Positions 57,485 to 64,000 of a stretch of 64,000 nt of DNA are shown here, in pieces (position 1 is the stretch's first letter; each line of letters begins with the position of its first letter). Below the pieces are notes generated by a model. It did not search any database. It was not told the origin of the DNA and worked only from the letters and a program-made list of their open reading frames with translations. The position numbers and the translations under genes are program-made. The stretch lies in sequence record PV611058.1; one strand, 5' to 3'.

Positions 57485-57849
57485 GTGTGAATAATTTCTT
57501 TTACCCCATATTCCATAATTGCCAACGTACAAATCTCACAAGGCTTGGCAGGGACTGGAATACCATCTTTACTTACCCGTGCAATCAACAAAGTATGAAC
57601 TTCAGCACGAGAAGCCAGCAAACATGAGATTTCAGCATGAAGAAATTCACCTTGTGGACGACCAGCACGGATTGCAAAACCTTTCTGTACTGGGTGAGTA
57701 TGTGTGTAAGAATTAGTACGTGTTGCCAATACACGACCTTTCTTATCTAGTGCACGAGCAATCACACGATAACGTTTGTAGCTCCCCACTTGCTCGATTG
57801 GTGGCATCCGTCGCAATTCTTCAATTAGTTTCTCAAGTTTACGATTCAT
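57481..57849 (-). CDS. Zinc-dependent cytidine/nucleotide deaminase-like protein
   Basis: LHAE and KPCEIC motifs. Confidence 0.8.
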   Translation of the reverse strand: MNRKLEKLIEELRRMPPIEQVGSYKRYRVIARALDKKGRVLATRTNSYTHTHPVQKGFAIRAGRPQGEFLHAEISCLLASRAEVHTLLIARVSKDGIPVPAKPCEICTLAIMEYGVKEIIHT

Positions 57850-58460
57850 AAGTCTAAGTCTATACCCTTTTCAAATGATTTCTCTAGAACCCAAAGTTTA
57901 CATTCTTCACTCTCCAAATGCATCTTTGCCTCTTTCTGTTGTTCTATTGTACAAGACTTTATAAATTCACGCAAGGCTTCTATTGTACTTTTTATATTTT
58001 TTATGTCTTCCAGCATTGTTTCTTTGGCTTCAGCATCAATTACAGATGAACTCCACCCGTGACGTTCTTCCCAAATTGTTTTTGTTGAATTGTAAATTGA
58101 TGATGTAGAAATGACTGCATGGACCTTATTAAACGTATCGTCTGCTTCTTGTTGGGTGTAATCACCATAAGTGTTTAGCACATTTTTGTATAGTTCATCA
58201 ATTGCCTCATCATAAGTATCACCACCGCAATCTAACTCATAATCATGTGCTTGTACCCATTCATCATCTTGCTCAACGTACATAGGTGAGATGAATTCTA
58301 CCCAAAATTGTGTCTTTGTATTCAGAGCTTTAAATGATTCAATGCGGTTTGTGATTGGACACACATCATGTGGTTCGATATCAATCCTTGGGGGAACCAT
58401 ATCTCCGTTGATGAATTTAGGATGGCCCATAATCCACCAGTACTTTTCAGATGTAGTCAT
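57846..58460 (-). CDS. Hypothetical protein
   Basis: GGAG RBS; ELDCGGDTYDEAIDEL motif. Confidence 0.6.
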   Translation of the reverse strand: MTTSEKYWWIMGHPKFINGDMVPPRIDIEPHDVCPITNRIESFKALNTKTQFWVEFISPMYVEQDDEWVQAHDYELDCGGDTYDEAIDELYKNVLNTYGDYTQQEADDTFNKVHAVISTSSIYNSTKTIWEERHGWSSSVIDAEAKETMLEDIKNIKSTIEALREFIKSCTIEQQKEAKMHLESEECKLWVLEKSFEKGIDLDL

Positions 58461-58505
58461 TGTAATCTCCAATTAAAAAGTACTGCCACTATAACAGTAC
58501 TGATA

Positions 58506-58865
58506 TTAAATGTAACGTTTCTTTTTATAATCATACCCTACTTCTTTGTAAAAGTCAAACAAAGAAGCATGGGTAAACGTAGGTAACAGATCATATGGGT
58601 GCTGATAGTTCGCAATACCAACAACTGCCAGCATTGATTCAGCCGTTCTGGAATTTTCACTATCCCATTCATCTAAACGCCACAGTGAACAAAGAACTTC
58701 ACGTTCGTGTTGCTTACCAAGAAAGAATTCAGCTTCACGGTCACGAAATGCACCTACGCTGATAGTACTTTTGTACCAGTCTTTCTCACCATAAGCTGGC
58801 ATACGGATAATGTGTTTTTCTTGAGCTTCACCAAAGCGATGAAGAAATGCCACATAATCACTCAT
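58506..58865 (-). CDS. Hypothetical protein (119 aa)
   Basis: ORF track. Confidence 0.6.
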   Translation of the reverse strand: MSDYVAFLHRFGEAQEKHIIRMPAYGEKDWYKSTISVGAFRDREAEFFLGKQHEREVLCSLWRLDEWDSENSRTAESMLAVVGIANYQHPYDLLPTFTHASLFDFYKEVGYDYKKKRYI

Positions 58866-59032
58866 AACTTATAACCCATTACTGGTTTTGAATAATCAGG
58901 TTCATAAAACTTTTCAGTACTGAACCCTCTGAAATTACCACGACCTGGCTTCGGACAAGCCATCCCTTCTACACCGTGCTTACCCTGAACCTTTCCGCAG
59001 TTTTTGCATTTGTATCCAATAACTTCTTTCAT
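58862..59032 (-). CDS. Small Cys/His protein (56 aa, MKEVIGYKCKNCGK..GKH....ACP); not in the ORF track
   Basis: ATGA-type overlaps at both ends; CxxC/H/C possible Zn site. Confidence 0.55.
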   Translation of the reverse strand: MKEVIGYKCKNCGKVQGKHGVEGMACPKPGRGNFRGFSTEKFYEPDYSKPVMGYKL

Positions 59033-59262
59033 TGTGCATCCTTTGGAATAGTGTTAAGGCGTGTACGGTTTACAATCTTCCTGCACATGAGATTAAGATC
59101 TTGCCCATGACGCATCTCATGGCAAGCATACAATGTGCCATCATAGTTAAGTTTAGTCAAATTCTGGCGAATGAACTCTGCATCAGCCTCCTGAACTTTA
59201 GGTGCACAGCCTGTTACTAACATCATGAGTGCTGAAACAATTGCAATAGAAATAAATTTCAT
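59029..59262 (-). CDS. Predicted lipoprotein
   Basis: Signal peptide with LVTGC lipobox. Confidence 0.6.
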   Translation of the reverse strand: MKFISIAIVSALMMLVTGCAPKVQEADAEFIRQNLTKLNYDGTLYACHEMRHGQDLNLMCRKIVNRTRLNTIPKDAQ

Positions 59263-59265
59263 AAT

Positions 59266-59445
59266 TTAATCACCTATACATAAGTACTCGATTGATGGTT
59301 TACCATTAACTAACACAATACCAGTGTGAGTTAATACACAGTTCGTTGGTGCTTCTTCAAATACTGATACGTAAATGTATGAACCATTACTAACTGAACA
59401 AGATAATACCATAAGAACGGCGATTAGTACAAGTAAAATTTTCAT
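59266..59445 (-). CDS. Small secreted protein/lipoprotein (59 aa, MKILLVLIAVLMVLSC...); not in the ORF track
   Basis: Hydrophobic leader and LSC lipobox-like motif; fills the gap. Confidence 0.5.
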   Translation of the reverse strand: MKILLVLIAVLMVLSCSVSNGSYIYVSVFEEAPTNCVLTHTGIVLVNGKPSIEYLCIGD

Positions 59446-59451
59446 ATGAAC

Positions 59452-60099
59452 CTACTTTTTTGATTTATGTAATGCAATTTGTACTCGCGTAATGAACTCA
59501 CGCTCTACTTCATCTGAATTAACACCATCATATTGTGTTTTGAATAGTTCCATAGCTTTGATAGCCATCTGAACTGAAAGATCAGCAATACTTTCAGTAC
59601 TGGTACTTTCAAATACATTTTTGAGGCTTAGTTCACCATCATCAATACATTCTTTTGGTTTGTTGATTTCTGGTACTTGAATGTATCGCAATGCTTTGTA
59701 TTCTGCTTTGGTCAGATTCCCAGTCCATCTTGGTTCATTGAACAAGTCATGCATTGTAATGCCAGCTTCACCCATTAGGTGTACTAACTCTTCATTTCGG
59801 CGAATATGCTTTTCTTCATCTTTGAAATTTTTGTAAGTGTAAGCACAACGCATGATAGCCAAACGTACTTCACCACTTTTAGTAATTGTATACGTATGAA
59901 TTGCATTATCGTAGTCACTTTCCCATTGTTGACCCGCATATTCGTACCAAAGGTCATTTGTCTCCCAACGGAGCATTTTACCTTCTAGTAGCTCGTCAAT
60001 CATTTTAGCCATGTTACCATGATATTCACAACTGGTAATATTAAATCCACCATTGTACTTTGCAAGGTACAGAATCTTTTCTTGTGATACATTTTTCAT
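59452..60099 (-). CDS. Hypothetical protein (215 aa)
   Basis: ORF track. Confidence 0.6.
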   Translation of the reverse strand: MKNVSQEKILYLAKYNGGFNITSCEYHGNMAKMIDELLEGKMLRWETNDLWYEYAGQQWESDYDNAIHTYTITKSGEVRLAIMRCAYTYKNFKDEEKHIRRNEELVHLMGEAGITMHDLFNEPRWTGNLTKAEYKALRYIQVPEINKPKECIDDGELSLKNVFESTSTESIADLSVQMAIKAMELFKTQYDGVNSDEVEREFITRVQIALHKSKK

Positions 60100-60437
60100 T
60101 ACATGTAATCCTTGATGTATTTTAGCAGTTTAGATTTCTCTTCGGTACTTAATGATTTCTTGTTCATCAAGTGTTTCATTTCTTGACGTTCAATTTCTTC
60201 ACATCTTTTAGATTCAGCTTCAATTCGTGTATGGTATTCTTCGTCAGTTTCTTCTCTGGTCCAAATTACATTGTATCCATCAAAACCACCGTAACCACCG
60301 TCTGGTGAAAGACTAATGTATCCCTTGTACTCTGAACGGTACTTATTAAGAGTGTCAATAAAGGTATCAATGCCACACTGTTCAATTTCAATATAACCAA
60401 TCACGACAGCAACTTCAATTTTGTTCATAAAGTTCAC
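60099..60437 (-). CDS. Hypothetical protein (112 aa)
   Basis: ORF track; REETDEEY..R motif. Confidence 0.6.
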   Translation of the reverse strand: MNFMNKIEVAVVIGYIEIEQCGIDTFIDTLNKYRSEYKGYISLSPDGGYGGFDGYNVIWTREETDEEYHTRIEAESKRCEEIERQEMKHLMNKKSLSTEEKSKLLKYIKDYM

Positions 60438-60455
60438 CTATAAAAATAGGGAGCA

Positions 60456-61013
60456 TTAGCTCCCTTTGTATTGATGTTTACGTTTAGTACTGTATTTCCA
60501 GCCAGTACTGTGTCTTGTTCTGATATCATCCCAATACGATGGCAATGAACGCATCTTACGTCTTCCACGTATTTCAGGTTCCCCCTCATCCTTCAGTACT
60601 GCACAAGCCATACGACGCTCTTGTTGGGTCTTAGGACGTTTGTATCGGGAGTGGTTATGTTTGTACATATACGAACGCTTGTGTCGCCATTCAGTGTCAC
60701 GAGCATTTCGTTTATGATCCCAGTACTCATTATAGAGTATCATGTATTCACCCATAAGTAAATCAGGAGATACAAGTAATCCTTTTTCAGTACAAAGATA
60801 ATAACCTACGAACTTTTCTGGATACATTTCGTAATAGAAACGGTTCTTCCAAAATGTTTCACGATTCTTTTTGTTGAATTCAGCTAAATCGAATTTCATC
60901 TTACTGTGGAAACGGTCTATACCGTCATGTTCCGCAATGTACTCTAACAGATTATCAATAATCTCAACTTTACCTGAATCATGGTACAACGTAAATGTTT
61001 GGTCAAAAAACAT
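60456..61013 (-). CDS. Conserved hypothetical basic protein
   Basis: AAGGAG RBS; RPKTQQERR...RGRR...LPSYWDD motif. Confidence 0.65.
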   Translation of the reverse strand: MFFDQTFTLYHDSGKVEIIDNLLEYIAEHDGIDRFHSKMKFDLAEFNKKNRETFWKNRFYYEMYPEKFVGYYLCTEKGLLVSPDLLMGEYMILYNEYWDHKRNARDTEWRHKRSYMYKHNHSRYKRPKTQQERRMACAVLKDEGEPEIRGRRKMRSLPSYWDDIRTRHSTGWKYSTKRKHQYKGS

Positions 61014-61229
61014 ATATTTCTCCTTTAAGTTAAACTAACCTAATGGAATGTCATTCTTCCTTTACTACATGTTCTCATGGTTTAATCCTTTTGTCAATAT
61101 CTAGAAAGAAAAAATCCCTGCCAAAAGACAGGGATGAAAAACTGAAATAACACATGGAGTTCTTTTTAAATTAATAAAAAGTATTATTATTCTTATGAAA
61201 GTATTTATCATGAACTCCAGTTTATTGCT

Positions 61230-61427
61230 TCAAATGCCCCAATAACCTTTTTGTGCTACTATCTCACGGTATTGAGCACGAGTTAGAACACCTTGTTTAC
61301 GTAGAGCTTGAAGACCTGATAGGGTTTCTGCTTTACGTAGTTCGTAATTGCGTTGTTCTTTAGATTGAATAACTTTAACTTTCTTAACTTTTGCTACTGG
61401 TTCTTTTTTCTTAGGTTGCTTTGCCAT
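61230..61427 (-). CDS. Small lysine-rich protein
   Basis: AAGGAG RBS, extended -10 promoter upstream. Confidence 0.6.
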   Translation of the reverse strand: MAKQPKKKEPVAKVKKVKVIQSKEQRNYELRKAETLSGLQALRKQGVLTRAQYREIVAQKGYWGI

Positions 61428-61457
61428 GAGTATTTCTCCTTTGTTGTTAACAATATT

Positions 61458-61491
61458 ATTATATCATGTATGGGACGAATGTCCCATACAT
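61458..61491 (-). promoter_or_regulatory. Terminator hairpin overlapping an extended -10 promoter
   Basis: ATGTATGGGAC-GAAT-GTCCCATACAT stem (61466-61491); TGATATAAT with TATAAT at 61458-61463. Confidence 0.6.
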
Positions 61492-61493
61492 TA

Positions 61494-62933
61494 TTACATA
61501 TTTTCTTCAGCAAATTCTGCCAGTGGTGAACGAACGACACCTTCTAGTTCGATTACACGACAACCGTCCCAGTTCTTGAACTTCTCGGTAACATAAGTTA
61601 GACCGCTGTTAACTGGACTAATGAATTTAGAGTCAATCTGGCTCAAGTTGCCCATAATAACCACTTTACAGTTCATTCCTGCACGAGTCAGGATTGTTTT
61701 AGCCTGAGCAGGAGTAATGTTCTGGAATTCATCCACTACTAGGATAGTGTTTGTGAAAGAACGCCCACGAACGAAGTTTAGTGCTTTGAACTGGATAACA
61801 TTACGTTTCATGATTTCTTCGATACTGCCTTGTGGGTTAGCATCATCTTTGTGTAGAAATTCCAACGCATCAATGGCAGCTCCACAGAATGGAATCACCT
61901 TCTCTGCCTCAGAACCTGGCAAGAAACCAATGTCTTCGAATTGGGAATCTTGTGTTTTGGAGAAGATGATACGGTCGTATTTTTTCTTCTCTAGTACTAG
62001 CTCCAGTGCAGTAGCAATGGTGATCAATGTTTTACCAGTACCTGCGGAACCCAACAGTACTGTTAGATGAACATCAGGATCTAGGATACTGTTGATTGCT
62101 AGTGCTTGTTGAATATTCTTAGCCTTAATATCCCACACTTTAGCACGTAGAGCAACAGATTGTCCAATATCTTGGAATACAAGAATATCTTCTGGTGTTA
62201 AAGTACCATCATCTTCTTCAATTGCAGATTGGCCTTCGTACACAAATAGAACATCAGCATTATCATATAGGTAATCACCGATGCAAATATTTTGTGGCAT
62301 GATATGTTCAATCAAGCTTTTTGGAATGTAGTGGTACAAACGACGACCAACTTGTTCAGACTGAATAGATACATCAGTCAGATTACTATACACATCCCAG
62401 AAATGTAGGTCAAGGTGATGTTGACCAATGTGAATCAAATCACTATCACCAATCACGATATCATGACGGTAATCTTGAACTTCCACCCCGTAGCTTAGAG
62501 CCTTGATACGCATATTGATATCACGGGTAACCAGTACTGAATCAGTTGCTAATGCTACTAAAATGATTTTATCATCTGGTACTGTGCTTTTTAGAAGAGT
62601 TTGAACTTTCTCTTCGTTACCAGCAGTACGAATTAGTGCTTCAGCTTCTTCGCTTGTAATAACAAACAATTTGCTTTCAGGACTCATATTAGTATGAACA
62701 TCAGCAATATTAACACCAGTACTACTAATTTCTTCATGTGATGCATCAGAAAGGATAGCTTCAATGTTACGGATTGCAACACGAGCATCACGGGAAACAT
62801 CCACATTACGACTTTTGATTGAATCCAATTCTTCAAGTACTGTGAACGGTAGAATGATAGCTGCTCCATCAAAAGCAATGGTAGCATTTGGATCAGATAG
62901 TAGTACGTTTGTGTCAATTGTATATTTTTTCAT
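61494..62933 (-). CDS. phoH: PIN-domain + PhoH ATPase (PhoH2/PhoL-type)
   Basis: IDTNVLL..., VLEELD, TRDINMR (PIN); GSAGTGKT, GFLPG, RGRSF, VDEFQN (PhoH). Confidence 0.92.
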   Translation of the reverse strand: MKKYTIDTNVLLSDPNATIAFDGAAIILPFTVLEELDSIKSRNVDVSRDARVAIRNIEAILSDASHEEISSTGVNIADVHTNMSPESKLFVITSEEAEALIRTAGNEEKVQTLLKSTVPDDKIILVALATDSVLVTRDINMRIKALSYGVEVQDYRHDIVIGDSDLIHIGQHHLDLHFWDVYSNLTDVSIQSEQVGRRLYHYIPKSLIEHIMPQNICIGDYLYDNADVLFVYEGQSAIEEDDGTLTPEDILVFQDIGQSVALRAKVWDIKAKNIQQALAINSILDPDVHLTVLLGSAGTGKTLITIATALELVLEKKKYDRIIFSKTQDSQFEDIGFLPGSEAEKVIPFCGAAIDALEFLHKDDANPQGSIEEIMKRNVIQFKALNFVRGRSFTNTILVVDEFQNITPAQAKTILTRAGMNCKVVIMGNLSQIDSKFISPVNSGLTYVTEKFKNWDGCRVIELEGVVRSPLAEFAEENM

Positions 62934-62994
62934 AAAACATCCTTGAGTTATGAGTACATCCTTGTACTCGACTAATGGTTAGTGACTCGGAATA

Positions 62995-63297
62995 TTACAT
63001 GCTCGGTTCGTATTCAACATAACATCTTGAACCACGAGCCTTTTCCTCCCAGCATTCCTGGTAAACTAGTTGACCAATTGATACTGGATCTCTTGATAAC
63101 CCATTACGAATTTCACCAGTACTGGTTTTATAAGTAAATGAGCATTTATTTTCATTACATTGACCTAATCCTATTACAGTCGCTGTATTGTAATGAATAT
63201 TGTAACGTTTAGTGTTCTCATGATATGAACTGAACCACAGAACACCTATACCTAATAGCGTTGTACAAATAAGACTCTTGATATGTGTTGAAATCAT
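62995..63297 (-). CDS. Membrane-anchored hypothetical protein
   Basis: N-terminal TM segment, paired cysteines. Confidence 0.55.
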   Translation of the reverse strand: MISTHIKSLICTTLLGIGVLWFSSYHENTKRYNIHYNTATVIGLGQCNENKCSFTYKTSTGEIRNGLSRDPVSIGQLVYQECWEEKARGSRCYVEYEPSM

Positions 63298-63614
63298 AGT
63301 GCATTAAATCCATTAGTTAAGTAAGTTTCAATATTAACTTTCCCTACTGGATTACTACTATGTACATAGTATTTAAATGGTTCTTTAATATTATGCTCAA
63401 ACATATAATCAATTAGAAATTTGGCAAAAGTGTATCCCGTTTTCTCATCTGTACTCAAGTCACCCAAGTCATGGTCAAATGAGACAAATGATGGAATTCC
63501 ATTTTTGATTACGTATTCACATGCACTTTCATAGTCACGACACAATACCATCTCTTGGTCAGGATAATATTTTTGATAATCACGAATATCATCCAAGAAC
63601 ATTGAGTACGACAT
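63294..63614 (-). CDS. Cyclic-phosphate-processing receiver-domain-like protein
   Basis: FLDDIR, SFDHDLG, TGYTFAKFL, HSSNPVG..NI. Confidence 0.75.
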   Translation of the reverse strand: MSYSMFLDDIRDYQKYYPDQEMVLCRDYESACEYVIKNGIPSFVSFDHDLGDLSTDEKTGYTFAKFLIDYMFEHNIKEPFKYYVHSSNPVGKVNIETYLTNGFNAL

Positions 63615-63623
63615 TTTAAACTC

Positions 63624-63938
63624 CTATAGATAGCTGATTAGTAAGTTTTCTTTTTGTACAAGATACTCTAATTCTTGTTTCGCAGTTCCGATGAAGTTCT
63701 GTGTCATAAGATTATTATATCCTGCTTCTCGATTTTGTCCCTTAGAATAACGTGAGATGTGACATAAATTTACACCAGCCACCTCTGCACTAGCATGTTT
63801 GCCATATGCATAATTATCACGAAGTTTTTTAAGTTCAGCATAAGTCATTTCATAACTATAGCTATGTGAGTGTCCCTCTGGAAACAATTCAAGTGATTTT
63901 AATGGAGACAGGCGACTTTTGTCAATGATATAGTTCAT
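63624..63938 (-). CDS. Hypothetical protein (104 aa)
   Basis: ORF track. Confidence 0.55.
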   Translation of the reverse strand: MNYIIDKSRLSPLKSLELFPEGHSHSYSYEMTYAELKKLRDNYAYGKHASAEVAGVNLCHISRYSKGQNREAGYNNLMTQNFIGTAKQELEYLVQKENLLISYL

Positions 63939-64000
63939 TTCTTCTTGAACTTCACGCTGTAACGCATCTTCTAATGACTTATCAGTACTTTCAACTGTTC

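Overview
This 64 kb window comes from a large, AT-rich lytic tailed phage. Its gene set and ~890-aa tail sheath most resemble T4-related jumbo myoviruses of the RaK2/GAP32/PBECO4 type (inference from protein motifs, no database search). Three + strand genes plus a partial fourth (1-9072) encode giant T/G/S/V-rich fibre or virion proteins and a DUF4376-type assembly protein. Everything from 9105 onward is on the - strand: thyA, a MoxR ATPase/zincin-vWA pair, acidic head-type proteins, a gp4-like head completion nuclease, three tail-tube-fold paralogs, sheath, dNMP kinase, neck protein, macro/NUDIX/glutaredoxin/CCA enzymes, HPF, LysM-lysozyme, a 2H phosphoesterase, tdk, a ferritin-like protein, an HNH protein, spanins, a nucleotidyltransferase, three paralogous fibre-like proteins, nrdD/nrdG, a deaminase, PIN-PhoH and many small hypotheticals. 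No tRNA, rRNA, CRISPR array or IS element was recognised. The most unusual signals are: (1) strong frame-independent over-representation of the palindrome AGTACT; (2) a ~0.6 kb non-coding, hairpin-dense element (40.5-41.2 kb) with a duplicated module and alternative pairings; (3) an acyl-carrier-protein-like domain lacking the phosphopantetheine serine, next to a nucleotidyltransferase; (4) three genes split by apparent +1 frameshifts, each at or near an in-frame CGG (recoding or, more simply, sequencing indels).
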